DNA from: Trichoplax adhaerens | Taxonomy: Eukaryota > Animalia > Placozoa | NCBI RefSeq assembly: GCF_000150275.1 | Contig: NW_002060944.1 | Span: 943,232-1,007,231, forward strand | DNA length: 64,000 nucleotides | Reading direction: 5' to 3' | Shown here: positions 41,344 through 55,171 of the stretch, piece by piece | How the letters are laid out: each line of letters opens with the position of its first letter | Position numbering within the stretch: position 1 is the first letter of the stretch | The notes under the pieces: model-generated | Told to the model about the DNA's origin: nothing | The model's input: only the letters and a program-made list of their open reading frames with translations | The model's database searches: none | Program-made: the position numbers and the translations under genes

Positions 41344-41578
41344 TACATATATCGATATAAAATTGTGATAAATTAAGAAGAATCAATTTCTAGAATATTA
41401 CTCTTTTTCTCTAAAATGTTTTTCCTTTCAATTTCGTATTAATACTGATATAAAATTGCATTAAATTAAGAAGAATTCATTACTATTATTTCATTTCTTT
41501 TTCTCCATAAGCTCTTATTCCTTCAATTTCGTACACATATTGATATGAAATTGTAACAAATTAAGAAGAATCAATTAA
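41344..41578. repeat. Three ~95-bp diverged tandem copies upstream of GPCR 3
   Basis: gatataaaattg...aaattaagaagaat recurs at about 41354, 41447 and 41542. Confidence 0.7.
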
Positions 41579-42092
41579 TGGGATAGTGTGCCTTTTTCTC
41601 TATGACATCGGAAAATAGGCTCATCTACGAAATTTTAGCCAGCCGGTCCTAAAATTTATACTATTTAATGTATTCTAAGGATTTTATACGATATATAAGA
41701 GCAGTTTAACTTTCATAATTACAAGAATAATTGATTTGACTAGGAATTCAGACAATATTACCATAAATTGAATCCAAATGGGACTAAATTAAGGATTGAT
41801 TATAAACCAAAGTACTTGCATATACGGAAGCTGCAATTAATTCTCTCATTCAAGCATTTATTTACACCATTGGCTGTTGAACTTAAAACTGCTTTCCTAA
41901 TTTTATCATTCTGTTAGATACTCGAATTCAATAGAACTATCTACATTATTTTTAAAGGCTGAACAACATTTATTTTTTTCTTAAATATCTTCAAATAACA
42001 TTTTTACGTCATTATATGCTGCTAAAATATGCTATTAATAAGATAGAATTATCATATAGCTCAATTGAAAATTTTCAGTGAACTATTCTATC

Positions 42093-43259
42093 ATGATCTA
42101 CTTGACCAATTTTACCGTTATTCCTACCAATATCACGCAGCTGCTTTTACCTGGAAATTATTCTAGCAGTCATGATTATTATGGTGGACTAGTAACACAA
42201 ATTGTTTTAGGTATTATAGCTGTGTTGTCTATTGTAGGTAATATGTTCGTATTTGTCGTCTTTTTATACAGTCCAAGATTAAAAAATTTATCTCACGGTA
42301 TCTTAATTGGGAATTTAGCTCTTGTGGATATGCTGACTGGTGTGAGTATTATTATTACACCAGCGTATATTATCCGCGAAAATTATCATCACCCACCACC
42401 TGGCATTGGTGGTTCAATCTTTTGCAAAATTATTGGCTCAGAATTAATGCCATTTAGCTTCGGCTTTATATCGATGTATACATTAGCTGTACTCAGCCTT
42501 GAAAGACGATATGCTATAGTCCGACCAATGCTTCATCGAAGGTATTTTACCATTCAACGAAGTAAATTTGTAGTAGTGCTGGTTTGGATTTTAGGAATTG
42601 CTGTCAATATTACCAATATTTTACAAAGTTATTATCAAGAAAATGCTAATCCACCTTGTGATTGGCGACTATTAGTGGGTCCTCAATTTAGTATGGCCCT
42701 TTATGGAATTCTACTATTTTTGCGCGTCGTTTTCCCTATGGTATGTGTCATCGTTTGCTACTATGATATATTGCGTTATATTCGGCAAAAAGTTCGTAAT
42801 CTATTGCGATCCATTGATAAAACAGAATCTGCAGCCTATAGGATAAAATCTAAAATCACATTGACTTGTGCTATAACATCATTGGCCTTTTTAATATGTT
42901 GGCTGCCCAATCAAGCTTATTTCACGTATATTAGTTTTCATGCTTCAAAAATAAATGACGATTTACATTTAACTACCAAATTATTAATTTTTTTTAATTC
43001 TTGTATTAATCCATTCATTTATGCAAGTACCAATCTGTATTATCGCCGTGAATTTGTGGCTATATTCCACTTAAAATGGCAATTTTGTTGCGCTGATTGC
43101 CACAGACAAGGCTCAATATGGAATTTTTCACGAGACTCTCATCATAAATCTGACAACGACGAACTTAAATTATCCATGGACAACATTACTAACAAAGGTA
43201 ATTCCACAAAATCAATAAAGCCCAATCTATTTCTGGTCGAAGAAGCCAAAACGTCATAA
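42093..43259 (+). CDS. Intronless class A GPCR, close paralogue of 39014-40168
   Basis: Same motifs as GPCR 2. ATG at 42093 is preferred over the GTG at 42078 because it aligns with the paralogue start (tatcATGAT). Confidence 0.95.
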   Translation: MIYLTNFTVIPTNITQLLLPGNYSSSHDYYGGLVTQIVLGIIAVLSIVGNMFVFVVFLYSPRLKNLSHGILIGNLALVDMLTGVSIIITPAYIIRENYHHPPPGIGGSIFCKIIGSELMPFSFGFISMYTLAVLSLERRYAIVRPMLHRRYFTIQRSKFVVVLVWILGIAVNITNILQSYYQENANPPCDWRLLVGPQFSMALYGILLFLRVVFPMVCVIVCYYDILRYIRQKVRNLLRSIDKTESAAYRIKSKITLTCAITSLAFLICWLPNQAYFTYISFHASKINDDLHLTTKLLIFFNSCINPFIYASTNLYYRREFVAIFHLKWQFCCADCHRQGSIWNFSRDSHHKSDNDELKLSMDNITNKGNSTKSIKPNLFLVEEAKTS

Positions 43260-44330
43260 ACTTTAATATCTAATTTTAGTATCAATCTCTGATTAACATT
43301 ACTACCCGAAGTAGTAAAATTGAAGTATGCCCAGAATTGGCGCATTATAAAATCGTCCTGCCATCAGATATTTAGCAAAGTGCCGATCACTCGATTAATT
43401 AATAGCGGCAGAAAATTAATTATAGCTTAATCGCCTATCTTTCCTTCTGTTAAAATGCTACTACAATACCATGATACTTCTAGAGGGATGTTATTGGCTA
43501 TAAATTGAGACACTAGAAAAAACTTTTCATGTAGTAAATTTATAATATTATTACTTCAATAAATTTCTCGGTATAATCACAACAGTTAGTTAGTTCCTTC
43601 TCTTTAGTATGCCATTACTTCACTATTTTAAAATACCCATGTAACATATATAATGATAAAACATCATTTTATGCGAAATTCTAAATATTATAGAAATTAC
43701 CGAAATAGACTGTATGATTATGGTCTCCACATGGAACAGATCATTTATGCCTTTTTCACTAATTGGAATTTTCGTTATTTTAAAATCTACACCTGTACAA
43801 TAATAAAGCAGCAGAATACTGAATAAAATAATGTCATGGACAAGTATTCTATATTTAGGAATAGAACCTAAAAGTTTAGATTAGCTTTACTGTTTCATCA
43901 TTTGTTATTAGCTCTCTTCAGTTTCAAATAGTTCATGAATTACTATTTTCAGCCATATTACCTTGCTTATAAGCGCCAATATGATAAATCTGATTCCGAC
44001 ATCAAATTATGACTGTAAAAATTGGGATATTTGGACTCTCTATTGCAAATTTTTTTAAGATTGATATCTATATCATTTATATATATATAATTCTGATGCT
44101 TTATTTATTAACAATAACATTCTTATACTAATACCATTTTATATTATGCGTTTGAATATTCAGTCAAAACATATACGCGCATTTCAGTTAGATCGTACAT
44201 AGAACACTAGAGCATTCTTTATAATATAAAATTGCCGTTTTTGCAATATTTAAGTAGAAGATAACAGCCTAAATGATACAAAGATTTGCTTCTAAGAATC
44301 AAATCAATAAATCGCTGTCTTGCTTCTAGC

Positions 44331-47300
44331 CTAGCTTTTGTTGGGTGATCGAAGTTTCCTATAAGGATAGAGAAGAATATGGAGACTTTCGAATTTAATT
44401 TAATCTACATAATTTTATCCGATATTATTATAGTTTCTATGACATACTATAGCATAAATTATAAGTACAATTTAAAGAAGATTAATAAAGTAGAGTCGAA
44501 TAATATCATCTCAATACTGTGTACCTAATTGCTATCATCTAGTGGAATTGACTTCTTAATTTAATCGAAAGTTATCCACTACCATTAACTACCGCATATT
44601 TTAGTTTTTAATACCTTTAAAATTTTTAGCTTGCTTATATACAGTATGTGTTAAAGCTTGCGAGTGAAATTCATCAGCTACGATATATTTTAATTCTTAT
44701 TAATGTCTTTAAAATTTTTAGCTTGCTTACATGTGTGTAGAAGCTTGCAAGTGAAATTCTTTCGCTAGCATTATTTCACGCAGCAGTTTTTTAGCATCGT
44801 CACTTGGGTAGGTAGATATTATTTCATTCTAAATGGAATTAAAAAGTTAAAGAAGTCAAATTTTTTATGCATCGAGCATACTTTATTCTTCTATTTGAGT
44901 TTGCATTTAATTGCATCAGTTGCAGATATCGTGCAAAATTATAAAAATTAGCATGTGACGGAAAATCAAAAGATGGCAATAATATCTTTCTGAATTATTT
45001 TATAATGCACGGAAAACAGTTTTCCATCTTTGTAATTTTGGCGTATACCCAATGTCGAATAGGAGACAGTATCCTACTTCGTTAGTGAGAATTTTATGTT
45101 TAATTAGAAGCTCTAAAAGTTCATTACTTATTCATTCACAATTATTGTTTTAGTTATTTGCCAATCACTCGGTTTTTATCGTAAATTTGTTATTCTTCAA
45201 TATTTTAAGTATTGCTATTGTTACGCGCAAAGCGGTATTTTTACTGGTATTATTATGGTAAATTGCTATTGATTCATATTTATGAAGCAGCCTTTCTGTG
45301 TGTTGCCAGCATTATTCTGTGAAACTACCAGCTGTTACATCTGTTATACGTGATGTTGTGATAGATATTACATACCTCATTGATGTTGTAATTATTATCC
45401 GCAAGCTGATTAACAATTTCTAAGTTGTTCTTCATATTAGGATTATATTCATGATACCTAATTTGGAATGGATTACATTTAAGGTTTATATGTAATCTGG
45501 TAGTTAGAGATTAAAATATATTCATAAAATATCCTCTAATTACCGTCACTAAACCATGTCCCATATTTAACTAGCTATCTACGGCTATTAGAATATTTAA
45601 ACTCTACCATAAAATGCTCTTGTTTAGAAGTGTACAGTAAGATAGAACGTAGGGTAGCTAGAGATTATACAAATTTTATACGACAGTTGTATGAGATAAT
45701 TGTACCGCCAAGATTTTAAGTTCTTTAACAAATTATTAGAATATCTAAAAACTATCATAAGCTGGTCCTGCTTGGAGGTGTTTAGTATAAAAATGTACGG
45801 TAGGCTAGAAATTATACAAATTTTGTACAAGATAGTTACATGAGATAATTACACTTCCAAATTTTTGAATTTTTGAATAAAAATAGCCGCAACTAGCTTA
45901 TTTTACGCTTTGTAACCACATATAAAATCAGGATAAAATTAAATAACATAGCATGGCACACCAGTATGGGTCTACTGAAACGCCCGTTGTTACATAGAAT
46001 AAAGAATAAGATTTAAGACAGAATGCTTACCTTCCATTATTTTGATGAGCTAATTGCCGTAAGAACTCAGTTGCAGATCTTAAGAGAATAAATTTTTATA
46101 GAAGTAAATCTTTACGAGATAAAAAAACAAAGCATCTAGAATACATTAGTTATAACAAATGAATGCGTAGTGATTATATACTGCATTATGCTAGTTAATT
46201 GTTAACTGTCAATCAGATCTATAGCTTGAAATAAAATTAGTAAAGTTTATTAAACTTTTTCTATAACTTCTGCAATGAAATATTTGTAATATATAAGCGA
46301 TAATTCGTACTGGTATTTCACTATCTATATATATTCCTTTCTTCAGGGTGAATAAAAAAACGTACAATATACGATGCTAAGAGTGTTATTTGTCTTATTT
46401 GGATATTGTTAATGAATATGATGATAAATAAATCCTAGTCATTATACCGACAGTTTGGACTATGTTTAGAATATACGAGTAATAGTTGGATTAAAATGAG
46501 CTGTGTCATGCGATAATTTTATTATTAAATATTTTACGCAATATAAAGTTATTAAAAAACATATACAGTACAAGCATTTTGGCATTAGGCTTTATGAGAT
46601 AAAGAGTATAAGCAAAAGTACAGTATATGGCTATAATTAGTGTCATGAAGTTTTTGGTAGAGCTTGGTGTGACTTTTTCGTTTGAAATAAAATACTACTA
46701 TAGTAGCTCTTGTGCTAGTTTGTGATAGTGCTAATATTGAAATATCTTAGGAGGTAGATTCTGTATCTAAATCATCAACATCATCGCAGTTTCATAAAGT
46801 ATCTATGGAATTTGCACGTATGTCACAAACACTGTTTATAAAATTTTCTGACCTTTTTTCACAACAGTATGCGATCGTATGAATCGCGACAGGCTTTTGG
46901 CTTCTCCACTCCTTCACTTTACGTAGGATCATATTTGAAGGCTTATCCTGTTATTTAATACCGACAAGAACATAATATAAAGTGAAAATTTAAGCCAGAG
47001 TCATAGTTTTAACGATATACATGCATCTAGATTAATAACATGAACAAATGTGTTATTCAGCTAAATTACTTATGATGGAAGTAAAGATGACTTGGTTAGC
47101 AAATTTGATTGATATACAGATTTATAATGTCACAACCGATAGATCACGATTACACCACACAACGGCTTCACAATCTATCATCGTCAGCTAGTGCTTTAAC
47201 ATTTGCATACCAAATATCTTAAAGTACTGGTTACGTACAAGTATTCTGAAGATTGCGAACATGAAAATATTAAAATACCCTCTTTAATTAAATTACAGCC

Positions 47301-50300
47301 ACGATACAACATGATATAAATTACTTACAGTCATGCCATCGCTTATTATATATATAGCTTCTATTTGATCTTGTTTAAACGTATACTGAAAGAACAAATG
47401 ATTTCAATGTCAGATTTACTAACTTTATTTGAGATTCAAGATTGAGGGTAGTACAATAACGAAGGTATCCTCTAACCTCTAAGGCGTCCAATATATTTGT
47501 ATTACCGATAGCGTTCAATTTTGAGATCCAATTACAAGCATTCATACATGTGTTATCGTCAGCCGTGGTTATTCTAGATTTCCAAGAATTGATCTCGTTC
47601 GAAAACTGGACGATATTAAAGCTAGTATCGAAATAGATATAAAATTATTAGAAAAATACTTCATCGTTGAGGCAGGAAGCTTCTACTTAATTACAGTAGT
47701 CAGTAGCGTTATATAGCAGATATACAGTATCATCTTGAGTTGTTGAAGTAGCTGACTGACGCGAGACGCCTAAATTAACGACTGAAAGATCGTGAATCGT
47801 TTTCATACCATTTTCGATGCATCATTTGTTCCCAGATTAGCATCATTAATGCCTGCTTTAGCTGCTTAAAATACGATTCCATCGATCCAGAAGCATCAAG
47901 TAGAATGGTCATCTACGTGTATAGAAAGCGGTAATTATTGTCATTCTCAACGAATCTAATTTTTATAGCTATCCTGAAGTATTAGTTGACTTTAGTAAAT
48001 AAATTTATACTATTATTTTAATCATATTGTAGCTTTATTACGAATTTAAATTATAGCTATTAAATAAATCTTAAAAATTACATAATCATCTGCTATAGAA
48101 TTAACTCAGCCTATTTTTAGGCATTTTATAATCTTACATTTTTTTCCATAATGACTCCAAAAACCCTACGACTACCTTGAATACATAATATTAAATTATA
48201 AAATGAGAACATTATCGGCAATATTATAAGTCTTAAAGCTCGTCATTAACACAATCAAGCATACCAATTTTTATAGCATCATTAAGCAATAGCGAGTAGT
48301 CAAATAGTACATAATTACCTGTAAGTAGCCAATTTAGTCTGGTAAGGTATCGCTTAAATACCTTTGCGATTATTGCTTGATAATTCTTTAGTTCCACTAA
48401 TGTAAGAGAAACAGTACATTGATCCTATGGTAAAGGACAGAAATATAAGTTGCGTTACTTTTCTCGGGTTCAGGTCCAGAAGTCCATGAATTATATAGCA
48501 CTCGATCAATTGGTGATAAATTGTCAGCAAACCTGGCTAACTTTAGCGGCATTCGATGATTTTGTTTTCCTTAATAATATATTAAATTTATCAAAATTAC
48601 TATAATAAACTACGTATAAATGCTAGCTCGTAGTACAACATGCTGTCTACACTACAGTATCAAGGTCTTCTATTATAAGAGTTTATCCTATGTTTAAATG
48701 ATACACACCTTTTAATAACCCATTTATCGAAATCGAGATACAATTTTGACAAACTGTATTTCTTTAACCACTAAGATATAAAAGTTTAATCATCAAAGAA
48801 AGTCTATTTGATAAATTCTTTAACAGTTTTGATTAATGGCGTTGACTGGTCGATATAACGCTATAGAAATTGAGATATCCTCCGGATAAAAGCGTATTTC
48901 TCGTATTTCAGTAGCTCATTATGCATTATTAATAAAATCTCTGCAGTAACTTGAATATTTTTAATTTAGTAAAGTTGCTTAGTCTATATATATTGTTAGC
49001 AAGATTGAGATATATTTTGGATTAAGCTGCATTTCTTCTGTCACTTATTGAGAATTGGTAAATAAAATCTATGTAGCCACTCTTAACATTTTTAACTTAA
49101 TATAGAGATATAAAAACTCTTTTTATAATATTTGAACTATAATCAACATTAAGATATATCTAGATATACTGTATTTCTTCAGTCAATCGATACGAATCAT
49201 TAATTAAATCTGTTCAATCGATTTAAACACTTTTAATTTAATACAGATTTGTCTAATTTTTATTATCGAAGTTGAGATGTGATGCGGATAAAATGTATTT
49301 TCTCTTGCTCGATATGAATTATGAAATTTTCTTAGCTGAGACTTTTAACATTTTTAATAGAATAACGCCAGCAAAATCAAGTAAACAAGCATTAAAGTGT
49401 AAATTACCTCTTTTGAGCTTAATGATTCTTCTTCATTGGGTATATTACAAGCGAAATTTTTTCCTTCTTTATGTGTATCTGGATACTTAACATAGACATA
49501 GCCTAACAAGAGGTAATAAATACCAATAGCAAAGCGGAAGTTATTTCTGAATCTGTATATATCAAATTTAACCAATACTTGATGTTATAGCTGTATTACA
49601 ACAGGCAATACTATTGTATCTACGAGCATTCAGCAAATAGATCATACAGTTAGCCATAATGCTAACATATTACATATTCGGTCTATCTATCAAAGAAACG
49701 TTAAAGAGTAATAGAGCGTAATTTACCGATATCTTTTTTATCTTTCTGGCTCCCAATATAAAAGGGCTGCAACTGAGCCTTTTTAGTTTTTTTACCGGAA
49801 AACCATTCAGCTACAAAGCAGTTTAGAGATTAAAGATAAAATATTAACCAAGATATGATCATCATATTCGTATATCTTTTACGTGCATTAAACAGATTCC
49901 TAATAACTGTTTAATAGATTTCTTATAGAAGATTTCGTATAAATGATTGAATATCATTGTATTATTGAAAACCATTTATGGTCATTTTAGTATTAATCAA
50001 TAACGACTATCAGTAATCAAATTTAGGCTTACGATAATTCTGGTATGCAGGGTCCGATGGACCAGATGGCTTCCATGGCTTTACTTTAGCCGTTTGATTC
50101 TGACGTTTTGCTTTGCTGGATGTATTCTTACTAGTAGATGGAGTTTTACTTGACTAGAATCATGTATTATAAAATCATATCAGAAACATTAATAAGAAAT
50201 TGAAATGAATTTTAAGATAGGAGGGGACTAATAGTAGAAATTTCACAACTTTTACCGATATTTTAGAAGGCGCACTTTTTATTCGTTTAGGTAAGGTGTT

Positions 50301-53300
50301 TGTCTTTGATTTTTCATTGACTTCAGTATAATTTATTGCTGAACTTCGAAAACCAGCCTTTAATAGGACCAAAGATTTATTATGGTTCAAAATATAGAAA
50401 AATCTAAAATTAAATTCTATATATAAATCGGCTACTATCTAGCTAGAGTCATTTACTCTTTTGGTATTCACTTTATCCATAGTGTATTGTAATAGATATT
50501 CGGCCTAAAAAATAAATATGTATAAAGTGAAAACAACCAATAAAAGCAACTTGCTTTCATGAAAAGATGACTGGCTACAAACATTATTGCCACAAATTGA
50601 ATATACTTTCTTCTATCGATAATGAAGCAATCACTGATACTAGATCTAATAGCAATTTACTTTCATGAAAAAGATACCTTTTCGCAAAAATCATTGGTCT
50701 GTTCTATTTCTTTTCTAATTATTTCCACATCATCTCCTTCCACGACATCTAGGAAAATTTGTAGAGCAATTTAAGATTATAAAATATCATTCTACGAAAT
50801 CAAAATTAAAATCGCACTTTATGACAAGGGTTTTGCGTATCTTTACTATTTCACTTACCTTGATCTCTCCTATAGACATGAAATCTGCCTGTTGTAGCAT
50901 GGGCTAAATTGCATAAAACTTTATCTGCCATAGAAATTTTACTGATATTGCCGATAATCGATTCTGTCTCCTGGCTAATATCATAATAGATGCAATGTAG
51001 CGGTAACGTTTGAAATAGTAAACGTTGCTGAAGGTATGACATAACTAATTCCTAACAGAGGTAAAGAATATGATAGTTCAATAAGCCTGCTGTTTAAGAA
51101 TAAATCTGTTAAATTGCCTTCAGAAGTATTGATAGCAATAGCGTGATATTTTTGGATACAGTTTTAACCTCTTCAAGAATAAGAAGAGAAGTTGATAGAA
51201 AATTTTATACTCACAATCGGTTGATCTGGCTTGGAACAAGCTATTAAGTACATGCCAGAAGTATCTATGGGAAATTTGAATTTATGTTTGTTATTTATTT
51301 CTACAAGTTTAGCTTACAAGTGGTTGTTAAGTCATAATTGATTCAACAAGATCTACTCTAACAGGTCTTCTTGTACTAATTATTGATTAAGCATTGGTCT
51401 TAACAACTATTCAAGTTAAAAATATTGGTCATGGCAGTGATAGACTGTGCACATTTATGGCGTAATATCTGTAATTTTGACATCCCTATTCTTAATGATT
51501 CTCTTTAGCGGTCCTTATTGAAGTTTTTATTAACTAAATACATTTTATTTATTATCTATACCTAATAAATGCAATTCTATTGTAAACTTTAAACCCTCCA
51601 ATAGATTCAGGCGTCCATGACATTCTTGAGTTGTTATCCACCTTAGAAGTAGATTAGTATGATTATCAACCTTATTGGCTAAAACTCCTTTGCTAACTGA
51701 AAATAAGTAAGTACCTATAACACTCTTGCAAGCTTTTTTTTGATGTTTCGACCATTTTCGTTGTCCAAGCACGAACTTTGCTGCCAATACTATTCATGAG
51801 CACATATAAAAATAGTCAATGGCGAATACCAACAACGATTTGACTATAACGTTCATTAGACCAACTATTTACCAGATAACGTTAAAGGCATGTGTATGGA
51901 TTAATTGTTCTTCAAAGAGTAACTTTAAATCTTTCTTTAATCGATTGAATGATTTAGCCATTTCAGTGGATGTTTCAATAAATATAGTGACTCTATTCAA
52001 TAGGATTTAGTCATTAAGAATCAGCAAATAATCATCAAGGCAAAGATCCTATAAAAATTCATCTTGATTTTTCCAGAACCTTTTTTCAGCTATAACACCC
52101 AGAGTTTTTCTGCTGCCAGATCTCAACCATAGTTCTCTCAATTTGAACAGGTCTGCTGCCTTCTGTAAACTTGCCTATATATTCATGTGAAATATCGCTC
52201 TATAATTTCGTGTTAGAGTGATAGGTCTATCGAAGACTTTCTTACTGTATAGTCTGTAAATGTTGCAGGATCAATATGAACACGCCTTTCGGATCCATCT
52301 GGCCATTGAAATTTAATCATAGACTACAGATATGCGGTGGAAGGTAAAAGTCCAAATGTGAAGAAGTAATAATGAGAATTAAGTAGCATAAACGTTCAAG
52401 AAATTGAACTTACATCATAAACATGAGCTCTAATTTCCTTCTTAAGGATAGGAACGTATGTTACAGTAGGTTGAAATGAATTTGGTTCAAGAAGTTGATA
52501 AATTGATAGTTTTTGAGCTGAGAAAGCAACAATATCATAAAAGTTAGACTTCCTATAACGGAATATTACAAATCATTGCAAATATGGAAGAGAATATCAG
52601 CCATTTTATGAATTATCGTAACACAGTAAGTGTAAGAAGAATTATAAATTCAATTTAATATCAGTACAATTACTAAATTAACAATTATTAAATTAGCCAT
52701 GATAGACATAAAAATTGGCCATCCATGTGTGATTTAGCACACATAATTACTCGAAATGAATATCGCTGGCATTTACCTCTTAGGCCATTCTCTTTTAGCC
52801 ATTCCCTACTGCTCTTCGTATTTGTTGAACTGTTCGAATTAAAGCTAAGCGCATCACTAGCAATAAGATTAAGATTCAGAACTTAGAGAGTTACATAAAT
52901 GTTTTAGGCTTTAAGTACGAGTTATAAATCAGAAAAAATTTCAAATCATACGCGGTAGAATCGCTTGTCGCGGCTACAAGAGTTGATAACTGATCGTACA
53001 TTGACATACAATAAACAACAAATTAAAATCGTTAGTACAATAATCTGTTAGGATGTTGTTACTACATTGAAGGGGTATACTCTAACGTAATTTCTGAAAT
53101 TTTATAAATGCAATTAATCACTTATCTACTAAAGTAAAAATTTATATTTCTTCAGAATAAAGTAGGTCTGCGTTAATAAACCTTGTTAATATTCTCCTCC
53201 AAAGCATCACTTAATAGACCGGCTTGCATAGACTTCATGCTCATCATTACCTCTACACCTCTAGATATTAACACAAAACAGAGCAAGATTAAATTACCAC

Positions 53301-55171
53301 AGTAACAAGATAATTTGCTGGAGTTGCCCTTATATCAAATAAAATACTATTTCAAAAGTGAAGATTAAATTACCTATCTAATTCCTGTTTAAGTAAAGCA
53401 ATATCTGTACTGACAAATATTTCCTCTTCATGCCTTGACGAATAGCAATGATAGCGACCTTTTGAAACTTCTGCTATTTGTTGCAACATGTCCTATTTGT
53501 ATTTATTTCATATAGCATTATTTCTTGATTTGTAGTCGTATTATAATCTTACTGATCAATATATATGTATGTTTTCATAAACTATATAGGAGGCAACGTA
53601 CACAGCATTCATCCTGTATACAATCGAAAGCAACAACATGTAGAGGCAGCTCAAGGCCAACTACGGCTTGCGATATATAATCGGAAACGCGTTCAAGAGG
53701 TTGATCAGGGCTTTTGTGAGAGGATAACGTTCGTACATTTTAAAAAGTTTCGTAGCAAAATGGATTCATGACTTAAACATTACTAATTTATCCTTAGGTA
53801 CGGATGAATATTAACACTATAATTATGACACTGTATCATTCTTCTAACCTTCCACCTAAGATTATGATGATTGAATCAAATTGTTTCCTTTTCTTTAGAA
53901 CTAATTTCAAAGCTCCGATTAGATTACAACCTCCCAGAGGTTGCAGCTGTTTTACGAATTGTCGAGTATCATCTAAGCTAAAATTGTACAGTTGTTACAT
54001 ACTCGTATTTAAATAAATTTGAAAATCCAAGATTGAATTGAATACACATCAGAGTATATTACACGATTATATAGATCTTATATAGTATAAGTCGTATAAC
54101 GACTACATAAGCCACAACATGTGCTGTATGCAAGAATGAGAGTTTTAGTACCTCCTATGATTTACGCTGCGTATATTTCTAAATTGCGGTCTTGGATATG
54201 TTCCGAATGGCATGATATAAAATCCTTCTCTCGATGTTAACTGTTCATCAATTAATTTCTAATGATAATGGAATATGGTGAGAAGTTAGGTCTAGTCAAG
54301 AATTTATTGCAGGAACTCGCATAAACGAATTTAAGCGTACCAGCAGAGAGTCCTGTAGGGTAACTAATCGACCACAGCTACAATTATTGTCAGACATATC
54401 TATCAAGATAGCTATATTTTGACCATGAACTAGACCAAATAGCTATTTAGAATGTGTTCAATTTAGAAAGTGTAGCTCTAGATAGCAGAAATTAATTCTA
54501 AGAAACGAATGGTTAAATAAAATGAGACCTATCATCACCTTTCTACTCCCTGTTAATAACCATTCTGTTCGCCTATGATAATTGCCAATACATCTAAGTA
54601 AAATTTTAGATTATTAATTTACATTTACCAGACTGTTTAACATATTTAATTCGTATTAATTCTGTGGCTAACTCCATCAATTTCGTTCCAAAGCCCAACA
54701 ATTTCTTGTGGTCACTGGTTCCAGTTTCAGAGAGGTCTCCTTCTGTCTTATACCTTAGTTTATACAGATACAGACTTGTCAATGCAAACATTGAATAATT
54801 CTTAAAGCCATTATAGTACGCAATATTTTCGTTAACTCAATCAATATAAGTGCAACCTCTCTTTTTCACGAGCAAAATCGGCTAAAGTTAGTTTTTGCGC
54901 TTCCAGCCCATATACCTTCAGCCAATCATCAGTTATTTTATGGACGTGATTTTCGTAAATTTTTCGCTCACCTGTATTATCACGTACAGCCTAATTTATC
55001 GTTAATAGAGAAATTTATCATCATTCATCTATTTTTAGTCAATAACATTGTTAACATTTCCATTTCGACAGCTATAATTACAGCATAACAACATTTAGAC
55101 CCGTAACTATAAGTTCAACTGACCCATTGATCATAATGTTGCTTAACGGAGGTTATCTGCGAGTATTCCAT
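44331..55171 (-). CDS. VWA3A: von Willebrand factor A domain-containing protein 3A-like (many exons)
   Basis: Exons give TDDWLKVYGLEAQKLTLADF, FVKQLQPLGGCNLIGALK, PDQPLERVSDYISQA, IAEVSKGRYHCYS, WLRSGSRKTLGVIAEK, ILLDASGSMESYFKQLKQALMMLIWEQ, FNIVQFSNEINSW, IHTIAYCC, ATEFLRQLAHQNNGRYH and DDAKKLLREIMLAK, in the order recalled for human VWA3A. Start (55171) and last exon (stop at 44331) are inferred. Confidence 0.85.

Noticed and set aside
31421-43259. Opsins
   Set aside because: The TM7 Lys is at 7.39, not the retinal-binding 7.43, where Leu, Tyr or Phe is found.
6757-43345. Short antisense or overlapping ORFs in the track (e.g. 6757+, 8548+, 14882+, 24878-, 31894+, 43142-)
   Set aside because: They are shadow frames of real exons with no independent support.
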